NCBI RefSeq assembly: GCF_964188315.1
Contig: NC_135667.1
Location: 20,398,001-20,462,000, forward strand
DNA from: Podarcis muralis
Lineage: Eukaryota
Length of the DNA: 64,000 bases
Direction of reading: 5' to 3'
The position numbers and the translations under genes are program-made. The notes under the pieces are model-generated. The model ran no database searches and was not told the DNA's origin. It was given only the letters and a program-made list of their open reading frames with translations. Positions within the stretch are counted from its first letter, which is position 1; the number at the start of each line of letters is the position of its first letter. This document shows, piece after piece, positions 41,967 to 52,719 of the stretch.

Positions 41967-43299
41967 ATCCCGCCTGAGGGAGAATTCTGGAGAACTCGGA
42001 AGTTTGCTTGGTAATTTCATACATTTTGCTTGGCGCAAATATAGGCATTTGCCCCCCAAATTTGGAATTTTTGCGCATGCGGTTTAAATTTTGAGAGTGA
42101 TGCGCATTCTCTCTCCCCGAAATAATGATACCTGGCCTGCCTTACAGGGTTGTTGTAAAGATTGTGGCATATTTATATATATAGTGGGTTGATAACAGCC
42201 ACCATCTCAAACAGGGGTTTATTCCGAGGTAACGGTCCTCGCTTGTGAAATCCTGAGCGCTGCCCCGTTACTTTGCCGTGCCCCCGCTTCCCGCAACTGC
42301 TATTTGACAAACTTTCTGTCTACCACACGGGGGTCTTCATATTGCAAAGCGCACGGCTTCCCCCAAACAATCCTGGGAACTGTAGTTTACCTTTCTCATC
42401 GCTACAATTCCCAGCACCCGTAACAAACTACGGCTCCCAAAATTCTTCTGAAGGAGAGAATGTTCTTTAAACGCCTGTGATGTGAAAGGGTGAATCAGGA
42501 TTGAATGCAGGTGCGCTGGAATTTTGACGTGTGAACGCTGCTGGAGAAAACTCGTGTGCACGGGGAGCACAAAACCCACAATAAACACCCACTTGGAAGC
42601 TGGCAATGTGGAAGGTACAGAAGCGAAGTACTTTACTCCCGAAGTTGCTCCCAGAGTAAACTACTCCTGCACAACAGGACGTGCTCTCGAAAGTGCTTTG
42701 AGCAGAGTTGGAAATCTGAGGCTGTCTGTCACGCGCAGCCTGTGTTGGCGTTTACTTAGAATTGTAAACTTGGGAGGGACACGGAGGGTCATCTAGCTCA
42801 ACCCCCCAGGAATATTTTTGCCCAACGTGGGGATGGAACCCACAACACCCTGAAATCCAGTCTCTGCAAGCATGTTTTAACACCCTCCCTTCCGCGGGGG
42901 CATAATTTGGAAACGTCTCGAAAGCAGAAAAAGAAGTGATTCTCCAATCCCATACAAGTCTACTCCGAAGTAAGTCTCATTGAGTCCAATAGGACTTGCC
43001 GTACTGAGACAGGAATGGAACAGAATCCTGAGCCACACGCTTCTGGTGTTAATGCGGTACAACTGAGTCGCTTTTCATTGTCCTTTTTTGCGGGGGAGGG
43101 GGAAGGTTTAAACAAGAACGGGGGTTCAAATCCGACTGGACGTCTTTGTCTCGAATAGAAACCCGTTTCCCTCCCAGAGCCCCCTGGGCTCCTCCCCACA
43201 GTCTCAAACACGCCCCACATTACTGCCCCCCTTTCTCCCCTCCCATTTCCTTCCCCCTGTCCCGTGCTGGAATTTGCTCCCCCTCCCTTTCCATCCTGC

Positions 43300-43405
43300 A
43301 TCCCATCAGAGGACAAGCAACTTGGAAGAGGTCTAGGTGTCTGGGAGGGGGGCTCCCGCCCCAAATCCGCACTCCCGCCCCAAAGTCTCCTGCCCCGAGA
43401 CCAAG
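43300..43405 (+). other. Probable non-coding first exon of the TSPAN4-like gene (5' end approximate)
   Basis: Strong donor CAAG|gtgagg at 43406 after GC boxes (ctcccgcccc twice); pairs with the acceptor at 45913. Confidence 0.55.
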
Positions 43406-44919
43406 GTGAGGGGCGCACGGAAATGTATTTATAATGGGGGGGGGGAATGTGTCGAACCAGGGATATTTTGAAGGGTATAAAAAGCAGGAGGAGACTCTCT
43501 CTTGGGGGGAGGGGATGATTTCTGCTGTATTGCAATATTTTTCTGGGTCCCATAGAACTGATTCTGCCCACCCCAAAGTCTCTTACTGCAGGATCAGGGG
43601 GGGCAGGGAGAGATTTGGCAGCTGTAGTTAGTTCCTTCCCTCCAGAGGTATTGGTACTTCGTTGAAAGAAAGACGAAAGAAAGAGATCCAAAGGCTCCTT
43701 TCATGTTATTTTGCTTTTCTCCCATTTGTCCCCCCCCCCCCCAACTTTAGGGAAATAATTTAAGGGAGAGCGGGAATGGGTGTGTGCGTTTTAAAAGCCC
43801 ATCACAATTTTATGGGTTATTTACTGTAAGGAATATATTTTCGACCAGTTCAGATCCGGGAATTTAACATTCTTGTTAAATCCAGAAGAGTGGGCGGCGG
43901 GGGGGGGAGGTTTGGATCTTGAATTGGGAAGGTGGGTCTGGAATGTGGGTTATGTTTTATTTCTACAGAATGGGCTTTGCTGAAAAAATGGAAAAGGAAC
44001 TGTGTCCTGAGTGGCAAAAAGGCAAGGAATGAGGGTAAGGGTGGGGTAGCTTTAGCAGGAAAGACCTACAGGGTGGGGAGCGTTTGGCTAAGGAAAACTT
44101 GGCAATTTCATTTTACGTGGTCTGGGGATAAACATTGCCCGTCTTCTTTCTCGCCTTCATGTACCTTCAGCGCACATGATAGAGGGGATGCGTTGCCCTA
44201 CAGGAAATCTGTAATCTGGGCCTGGACAAGGGGACTTTCCCACCCCCTGTTCGTTTGTTGTTTATTTATTTAGCTTTCCCTAAATCAGATAATTTACCTG
44301 CTTTCCCACCACTTCCTTAGCCGCTTCGTCTGAAGGGGATAAATCAACGTTTTATGTATTTCCAGTTGTTTTCCTAAAAAATAAAATTAAACAGTGTTAT
44401 ACTCTTAGTTGTTTTGATACTTAAAACATGGTGCGCTCTCCATTTAAATGGGACAACAAAATAAAATAAAACAGTTCCCAAGCTTGACCGCATTCGTAAT
44501 TTTTATTGCAGTAATTTTCAAGATGAGGTGGGAAACAGGCAAACCTTTAAAGTTAAAAGTTAAAATAAATACGGCATTGTTCTTTTTAAAAAGCAGAGTA
44601 TATGAACACTGGGAACCAAAAATAACTCCCTCCATTTTGATGTCCAGAGGTTACGATTGAAGGTTGTTTGTGTTTGTGGGGAAGATTTTGCCATTCTCTT
44701 GATAGGCCTCTCAATGTTTTTTGGCTGATAGGGAGCTGCTCGGATTCAAACTTCCCTCAGTTCTGCCTGAATACACAGTTCCCTTGCTACTGGCATGATA
44801 TAGAAAGGACATTGCTCCTACGCCCTGCCCCGCAAAAATTCAAAACTGTCTAATCATTGTCCAGGAGCATCTTTATTTCTGACCAGCCTACTGATTCTGC
44901 ACACTTTAGAAGCCATAGT

Positions 44920-45090
44920 GAGACAGGGCTGTGTAGTGGTTAGACTTCAGGGAGAGACCTGAGTTCAAATCCCACCTCAGCCATGAACTTTTGGCCAGAA
45001 CTTAGCCCAGCCTACCTCACAGGGGGGTTGCCAGGATGCAATTGGTGAGAGTCCTTTAGCCACCCTTTGCTTTTTGAATAACATAAACAA
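44920..45090 (+). mobile_element. MIR-like tRNA-derived SINE (approximate)
   Basis: gtgtagtggttagac...gagttcaaatcccacctcagccatg...cctacctcacaggg. Confidence 0.6.
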
Positions 45091-45924
45091 AAAATTGTAC
45101 AAACCAGTGTGCCAGGCCTGAAGGCCATAGCCACCAACTTGTTTGCTATGATTAAAGAGGGTGGTGAGCATTTAAAATTTTTAGTATGTCCAAGAGACGG
45201 TCTTTAAACTTTATGTAGAATCCACAATACCATTTCTAATGCTAACCAGGCCTTGACCTGCCCACCCTCCCAGTTAGGTCTAAGAATTTTACCTCGGCCT
45301 GTTCGCTTGGGGTCTCCCAACTCTGAAATGCTTGTTTTTGTCTGAGGAAAGGCTTCCTTTCATATAGATTAGCCTAATCACAGTTTGACTGAAGTGGCAC
45401 GGGGGGGGGGGGGGACAGGACGTTTCTCTGAATATTTTCAGTGAGAGAGACTTCATTTTATTTCATATTGTGTGAGTGACACTGAGTAACACCAGCTTAG
45501 TAGTTCTTAATTATAACAGTTGTATTCTGGTACTCCTCTAAGGGGATCAAGGTGGCATACATAGTTCTCCCTCTTAATTTTTTTAATTATTTGAATTTAA
45601 AGGGAATAAAATATGAAAACTCCGAATAAATTGCTTGTGGGATCCAAGCAGACTTTTTCACCTTCCCTCTCCTCGTCCCTCCCTTGCAGTCCCAAGCCCC
45701 ACAGAGCAAATTAGGGGAAGGGGAGGAAGCTGCAGGCGAGATGAGAGGAGGGTGGAATCCTGTTGCATGGACAGCTTTGGGTACATCACTTCAATGTTTT
45801 CATAGAGGACCAGGATTGCCTATGAATTTCTGCCAACTGTATTGTAAATGCTCATGTATGAACGTTCCAGAATTGCAGTACGTATGTTGTTTTCTCCCCC
45901 CCCCCCTTTCCAGACACATCCACC

Positions 45925-45993
45925 ATGGGGGTCAGCCGCGGTTGCTTGCTGTGCGTTAAAGTGAAGATGTTCGTCTTCAACCTCATCTTCTGG
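45925..45993 (+). CDS. TSPAN4-like coding exon 1
   Basis: MGVSRGCLLCVKVKMFVFNLIFW; Kozak caccATGG; exon starts at 45914. Confidence 0.92.
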
Positions 45994-48832
45994 GTGAGTT
46001 GCAGCAGTTCTGTGCACCTCCCCTCAGACAAGGTTGTGTGAATGTCAAAAAATTATTCATTGGATAGCCTTTCCATCTACATCTGACCTGGGGACTCCCA
46101 GGATTAGTGGGAAGGGCTTTTGGGCATGTTATTGATGGCAGGACATTTCTCTTTTAATAAATCAGTGACACAACAAGTTGCCTTACAGGTTTGTAAGGAC
46201 GAACAAGATGGAAAGTGCATTTGTGTGTTAAAACGCTGTCATTTTATAGCAAACCAAAAATCTGCCTGTAGACTGCATGAGAGACCCCGCTCTCCACTAT
46301 TGGCTGAACCGCTTGTGATGTCACAGAAGTTTCATCGGCATTGTAATGGGCAAGGGGTGTGTGTGTCAGCAACAGAATGTTGACAGCTGCTTTATTTGTT
46401 CCAATAAAAAATTGGCACAGGATTGGGAGTCAGGAGGAACTAGGTCTTGTTTGTGGGAAGGGGCTGAACTGAGAGCGTTTGTGGCTGGTGAGTGGAGACT
46501 CAGCCGATGATCTCTTCCACAACAGCATCCTGGATGGAGGGGGGAGGGGGTACCATCAGAGGTGGGGAACCTCAGGTCATGCACATCTCTCCAGACCTCT
46601 CTACTTGACCCTCAGGACTCTGCCCAAGCCACACCCCTCACTAGCCTTGATCTTCACCCTCCTCTAGTGATTCTACATGCTTGGCATGTGTCCCTGAACA
46701 GTGATAATAGCTCTTCTTGGTGTGAGCTTCCCTTCTCTCCCCATAGCTCGGCGGCTGTGGGGTGCTCGGCGTGGGCGTATGGCTGGCTGTGACCCAGGGC
46801 CGCTTTGCCACCTTGTCGTTCTCGTTCCCGTCTCTGTCGGCAGCGGGGCTTTTCATGGCGACTGGAGCCATCATTATGGTTGTGGGCTTCCTCGGATGCC
46901 TGGGGGCGGCCACAGAGCACCGCTGCCTCCTACTGACGGTAAGAGGTATCTCTCTACTGGGTGTTACACTGGGGAGTGTGAGAGACTCGGATGAAATTTG
47001 TGCAGAGGTGTCTAATGAGATCTTTGGTAGGGGAAGGTGCCAGGCAGAGAAATGGGCAACTGACTTAATTCAAAGCAAGAATGCTTAGCCCTGCTTTGGA
47101 GCATAGGCAGAGTGCAGGCATCACTAGGAAGCAGAAAAGTGCATTTCTGAGATGCTGTGGACAAGATGGGGTCCAAGAGGTGCATTTTTCTGTGCATAAA
47201 ACCATTGGGAGCAGTGACATAACTTCGCTTGTGGGCCATCTTGCTTTAGAGATGTTGTTGCTTTCAACTTTTCTTCCTGATTGTGACTTGGCTGCCTGGC
47301 TTGAGCGATGCAGAGCTGTGGGTTCTGCATGTATCTTTCAGCCATGCCAGTGATCTCTGCTTGTGGCGGCAACTTGTGCTACTCATTCAACTGTGGGTGG
47401 CTGGGAGGAAGGAGGGCTTGCAGGGTTAGTTGAACCAGAGGGCCTGATGGCATGTATATGATCCTGTGACTGCAATCAAGTATGGAGCAGAGAGGGGGGG
47501 GTGCGGTAGGAAGTGGGGGCACACTTTGTTCAGAGATGCACACATCTGTAAACACAAAACTGTGTTGTATGAGGCTTTCTCCTTCTCCCCGTAATTGCTG
47601 ATCTGGGTATCTCTCTTCCCTAGTTCTTCCTGGTCCTCTCCACCCTCTTCCTCCTGGAGCTGGTTGGGTTGCTGGTTTTTGTCACCTGCAGGGACAAGGT
47701 AAGGACCTTCCTCACCCCGTATGTAGAATGAGGATGGTGAGATCCAGCTCATTTGGGCAACCTGCAGACTGCAGGCCACGTGTGGCCATCACAGGCCTGC
47801 AGTGCAGCCCACGCCCCTTGCCACTGTTGAGTGCAGCCCTTTGCATTTTAGCAAGAGATGTAAGGGGGCAGTTCTCAAGCTACCACTGTGCTGCCTCCAG
47901 GTCACCAGGGCTTTGTAATGCAAAGCTTGAGACGTCTTTTGAGAACCACACTCTGGTACAAGGTAGTTTACTTAAAGATGCCATTATATTACTGGCAGCT
48001 CCCTGTAGCATCTGTGCTCTTAACAGATGTGTGTGCAGAGAGGAAACTGATTCAAACCATGAGCCTGTCCCGATTCTTGTGGAATGAGAAGAGTCCATTG
48101 TATAGACCTCATGAATCAACATCCTGCACCTCCCCACCACACCCCATATACTTCTTCAAACTTTGGGGTCTGCCAAGCCTGCTGATACCTTCCACTTGTT
48201 AATGGAGGGTGCCATTTTTGGCTACATTAGGATCCACACTCAGACATTGAGTTTGCTTATATCATGTATACGGAACAGTTACAGTGTGGATAAAGTTATT
48301 TGAGTTACATGCTTTCTTAAGATAGCAGGTTTTAATTCGTCCTTGGAATTTGGAATATTGCACCATTTCATTTAGGGTGGTATCTTCCAGAAAGAGGTCT
48401 GGAACCCACGGAATTAGGAAGTGAGGGAAAAGAGAAGGGAAGGTCAAAAAGGAGTGGGGGCTGGACTTCAAACTGTTGGAGTGAACTACTTGGCAAAGTC
48501 TCCACCCCTAACTTGAACATCGGAGGGCTTCCCGATACTCCTCCGGTTTGGAGAAGTTTAGAAGAAAAATGGCAGGGCAGGGTTTCCATCCAACTTTGAA
48601 TAAGCACCATGAGGGCTGAGTTCGCCCCCTCAAACCGAAGTCACAATCTAGTCTCTGCATCACTCTTACCATCACACACACAGGTGCTGCTGGTCCATTG
48701 GGTGTGCTTATTTTGTCCTTTCTCTAGTTTGATAGATATGCCCAGTCCAATCTGAAGGAAGGACTTCAGCTGTATGAGACAGAGGGAAATGTGGGTTTAA
48801 CCAGAGCATGGGACGTTGTGCAGAATGAGGTG

Positions 48833-48889
<57 letters not shown>

Positions 48890-51800
48890 TTTACAGTACT
48901 TCCAAATGGTCAGCAGTCACATCCTAGCAAATTCAGGTTGCTCAACTAAAGCTGATTTTGAGTTCTTGTGCAACAAACCCACTTCCCTAATAGATTGGGA
49001 TATTTTTGCAAGAAAGAGGTGGGGGAAAGGTGGTAGGATGTGTGGGATGGTGCTTGCATCATGCGTTGCCATCTAATCTACCCACAAACAGGTAATCTGG
49101 AAGTGAATTTAGAGAGCTAAGAAACAGCCAGGGAGATTTCCCCCACTTTAAGCATCCTCATCCCATTTCGGAAGAGCACCCCCACCCCCCCCGTGTGAGA
49201 CTGATTTCTCCCCTTGCTTCCCAGTTTCGCTGCTGTGGGGTGCAGAACTACACAGACTGGTTTGAGGTCCGCAACAGAACGTGGGTTCCGGAGTCCTGCT
49301 GCTTGCAGCAAAGTGACATCTGCCAAGTGGACAGCGCCAGCTGGTGGAAGGAGGTGAGACGGCAGCAGGAGTTGCCCTCAAGGAAGAGAGAATCCCCTAC
49401 GGCTGTGGGTTCCAAATTAGGTTGTCCGCTGAAGCCCCCTCCAGAAATGCTTGTGTCCTGAGCAAGTGGCAAATGGCTAAATGCAGGGTCCGATTACAAG
49501 ACTGGCCTGCACTAAAACCCTCCAGCAGACCTCTCTCTCGGAGCTGTTGAGGTAGAGACGGCCTTTGACACTCTGTCCTGCGACAAAAGTATCAGCTTCT
49601 GGCTTTTGACTGTAGATTCTCATCTCCCTCTCTGACCATACAACACACTCAAATTTACTTTTATGCTGTTCTAACTTCATGGCTTATCCCAGTGAATCCT
49701 GAGAATTGTCACTCAAGGAGGTGCTGAGACAGAGGTCTCAGAGGTCTGAGACTCTCTGCTTTTAACATTTTGTGCATTAAATGTTGAGCTGTCTCAGGAA
49801 GGAGGGAATGATGAAACCGGAGGGGGAAGGGGTTCCTAGTCTTTGGTGGCCTACGAACCAGCACATGACTTTTATGAAGCCCCCCAAAATTTCAAGACTA
49901 GCTACTCTGTGTGTCTTCTTGCCGTTAGCAATATGCAATAAGACAGAGGGCCTTTGTGGATTGCTTTTCCTGAGGAAAGCGGCCTAGCCCAGTCCTCTTC
50001 TGATGCTTCAGCCCAACTGAGTTTTGGTGACGGCTGCAGCCTTTGATTTGCTTCATTAATGCTGCTGCTCAAAGCTGTCGTGTTAATTTAACTCATCTTT
50101 TTAACTGTGAGATTTTCTTGCTCTTTTTTTTTGAGCAGAATAGCATATCTGCTTTATGATTTTTAAAATGTCAGGTTGTTTACACTTAAAAGTCACTAAT
50201 GAGAAGCAGGCTATAAATATATTGGGGGGAAACAACAACACCTAGTCCGGGCTGTAGTATGGATACATCCAATTTAATTGGGTTATCTTCCTCCCTTCCC
50301 CAATATATTTTACTCTCAAAAGACTTACATAAAAGGAGAGTGGCAGTCAGCCTATTAGCGTGACCAGTTACCAGCCTGGGTTGCTGCAGTTTTAATGATA
50401 TAGGCAAATTAGAACAGGTTCAGAAAAGATTACTGAAGATGGCCAGCTGTATGTAAAATAGTCCTGGGAAGATAGGTTGGATGAACCGGGTATGTTGATT
50501 CTGTTTAGACTGAGAGGGGTGTGTGTGTAATAGCCCTCTTCAAGGAGAAGTACTGTCACATAAAGCAGAGGCAGGGAACTTCAGGGTCAAATGCAGCCTG
50601 CCAGGCCTATCTGTCTGTTGAAATTTCCCTCAGCCTCATCCCTCACTGGTGCTGCTTCGTATCTAGAGTGGTTTTGCCTGACTGTAGTACGTCCTTGAAC
50701 TCTCCTAATGCCTGTTGCTTGTCTGGATGGAGGACAGAGGGGTGACTGTGCAGAAACCAGTCTAGTTACTGTACAGTGGTAAAATTCACTTTCTCTCCTT
50801 CACCCATCCTAGCCTGAAGCTCCCAGATAGTTGCCAAGAAGAAAATGCAGCCCTCCTGCTGGCAAAGGTTCCTGTTGCAGAAGAAAGGCTTGTTCACTTC
50901 AGCCCAGTGGATAAGAAGGGGGGACACTTTAAGTTATAGGAGCTGATTTGGGCTGAATATTCAGTTTAATACTCAACCCAAATATTCAACTGATTGATGG
51001 CAAGCGCAGTTCCACAATGGAACAAATGACCCAGAGTTCCTACTAGAAACAGCTTGCATGTTAAATAAATGTTAGATTAAATGGAAGATGACATTTTTTG
51101 GGTGCACAGGAGTTTGATCAACCCAGATCAGAGGCACTGCCTCTTCTTGCCAGTGCGCTCTGGTGACCATGTTTGTTTTGTGCTCTATTCCCCTAAAGCC
51201 CTGTTACGAGAAGGTGAAACGCTGGCTAGGAGAGAACATCTCAGCCATGGGCATCTTTGCCGCCTGCATCATTGTTGTCCAGGTGAGCAGGAAGGAACAG
51301 CCATGGGAGGGGACACGCCTGACCTGAGCAAGTGCTGAGGCTGCTCTGGTGCAACACCACACGTGCCACCCATTACCATCAGCACAAGAACGGAAGGTGG
51401 GGTTGTCTGCAGGGGACCACAGAATAGGATGAAGCTATTCTTTCCAACACTGGCCATGGTCCCACAGGGAGTAAATAAATAAATTGGAAGCAACACGTAA
51501 ACTGGTGCAATCTGTGCTGTCAAAAGGCATCCCCCTTTAGGAGAGAAGACTGTCCAGGAGGATGGTTTCCTGACTGGGAAAAGACCACATAGAAGCTGCC
51601 CCTGCCACCTCCAGTTTGTACAAAATGGGCCAAGAAGCAAGGGACTGGGAAGCCAGAAGCCAGGGCATTGGCTCATTTGTAGAGTCTACGCAGTTAGCCA
51701 ATATGGGGCCTTTTAGAAGTTGTGGACTAAAACTCCCATCAGCCGCAGGCAGCACGGCCAGAGGCCACAGGTGATGCGAGTTGTAGTCCAAGATATCTAG

Positions 51801-52273
51801 AGCAGTGTTTCCCAACCTTGTGCCTCCAGATGTTTTTGGCCTACAACTCCCATCATCCCTGACTAGCAAGACCAGTGGCAAGGGATGATGGGAATTGTAG
51901 GCCAAAAACAGCTGGAGGCACAAGGTTGGGAAACACTGATCTAGAGGGCAACCCATTGGCTACACCTGGTCTACACTGACAGGCAGCAGCTCTCCAGCCT
52001 TTTGGATAGCCTTGCTTGGAGATCCTGGGTGGTTGGACCTGAGACCTTACGCTCAGCCTTCCTACATTTTAGAGGCAGCGGCAAGGAGGGGAGTTCAGGA
52101 GGCAGCATCTTAATTCCAATATTGTAAGGAAGTGACATGCTGGGCTGGGACTCTTCCACCCCCACTTTTTTGTTGTCTGTCTGACCTCCTTTATGTCTCT
52201 CCAGGTCTTGGGCATTGTTTTCTCCATGCTGATGTACTGCCAGGTGCGGCGGGCGGAGAAATACTATGACTGA
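45925..52273 (+). CDS. Tetraspanin of the TSPAN4/TSPAN9/CD53 family (TSPAN4-like), complete 239 aa
   Basis: join: 45925-45993, 46747-46938, 47624-47698, 48728-48829, 49225-49353, 51199-51282, 52205-52273 = 720 nt, all phase 0, GT-AG. Four TM segments; EC2 with CCG, PESCC, C and PC (6 Cys); sequons NYT, NRT, NIS. Closest recalled protein is TSPAN4, at about 60% by hand alignment. Confidence 0.93.
46747..46938 (+). CDS. TSPAN4-like coding exon 2
   Basis: LGGCGVLGVGVWLAVTQGRFATLSFSFPSLSAAGLFMATGAIIMVVGFLGCLGAATEHRCLLLT. Confidence 0.94.
47624..47698 (+). CDS. TSPAN4-like coding exon 3
   Basis: FFLVLSTLFLLELVGLLVFVTCRDK. Confidence 0.92.
48728..48829 (+). CDS. TSPAN4-like coding exon 4
   Basis: FDRYAQSNLKEGLQLYETEGNVGLTRAWDVVQNE. 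Confidence 0.94.
48835..48889. repeat. (CT)n(CA)n compound microsatellite
   Basis: Starts immediately after the gtgagt donor of TSPAN4-like exon 4. Confidence 0.9.
49225..49353 (+). CDS. TSPAN4-like coding exon 5
   Basis: FRCCGVQNYTDWFEVRNRTWVPESCCLQQSDICQVDSASWWKE. Confidence 0.94.
50400..50620 (+). mobile_element. Degenerate CR1 ORF2 C-terminal fragment (approximate)
   Basis: aaattagaacaggttcagaaaagattactgaagatg... resembles the CR1 LERVQRRATKM region. Confidence 0.5.
51199..51282 (+). CDS. TSPAN4-like coding exon 6
   Basis: PCYEKVKRWLGENISAMGIFAACIIVVQ. Confidence 0.93.
51803..51938. mobile_element. Near-perfect palindromic hAT MITE (136 bp)
   Basis: cagtgtttcccaaccttgtgcctccag...ctggaggcacaaggttgggaaacactg; perfect 8-bp TSD atctagag. 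Confidence 0.92.
52205..52273 (+). CDS. TSPAN4-like coding exon 7 (last)
   Basis: VLGIVFSMLMYCQVRRAEKYYD* (TGA 52271-52273). Confidence 0.93.
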   Translation, partial: VLGIVFSMLMYCQVRRAEKYYD

Positions 52274-52681
52274 GCCCCATCCGAGTACATTCTTCATGCC
52301 TCCATCTTTGTGGCTCAGAAGCAGCACCAAGGGGATTCCTAGCTCCTTTAGGGCACCCACTTTCCCTTGCTTCCTCTCCCTTTCTTCCTTATTTGAGAGC
52401 CTGAGGCATTTTGCTAAAGACCATTTCTGCCATTAGGCTCATGCCATATCTGCTGGGAGAGGAAGATACTCCCCCCTTCCTTCTGAAGGACCTCGTTTTT
52501 TGCTAAATCTTTTATTGTGTGTACCTCTTTTCAGGCCTAGAGTGGGATTATATTTCCTTTCACTTTAGCCTACATAATCCCCCATCCCAACCCTATATTT
52601 TACATCGTGATCCTGACGCCTACCCACCCTTTGCCCTTCAATCTTGTTGCTTTTGTATATAACAGAACTATACCAAGCACC

Positions 52682-52687
52682 AATAAA
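52682..52687 (+). terminator. Probable polyA signal of the TSPAN4-like gene
   Basis: First AATAAA after the stop, about 410 nt downstream. Confidence 0.65.
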
Positions 52688-52713
52688 GCAATTAATCCCT
52701 TTCAGTCACTCTA

Positions 52714-52719
52714 TTTATT
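52714..52719 (-). terminator. Candidate AKT1S1 polyA signal
   Basis: First canonical AATAAA on minus after the AKT1S1 stop; ATTAAA variants occur earlier at 53869 and 53079. Confidence 0.45.

Noticed and set aside
41214-41977. Several 140-233 aa ORFs on both strands
   Set aside because: These are expected stop-poor frames in a GC-rich CpG island plus microsatellite, and the translations are low-complexity.
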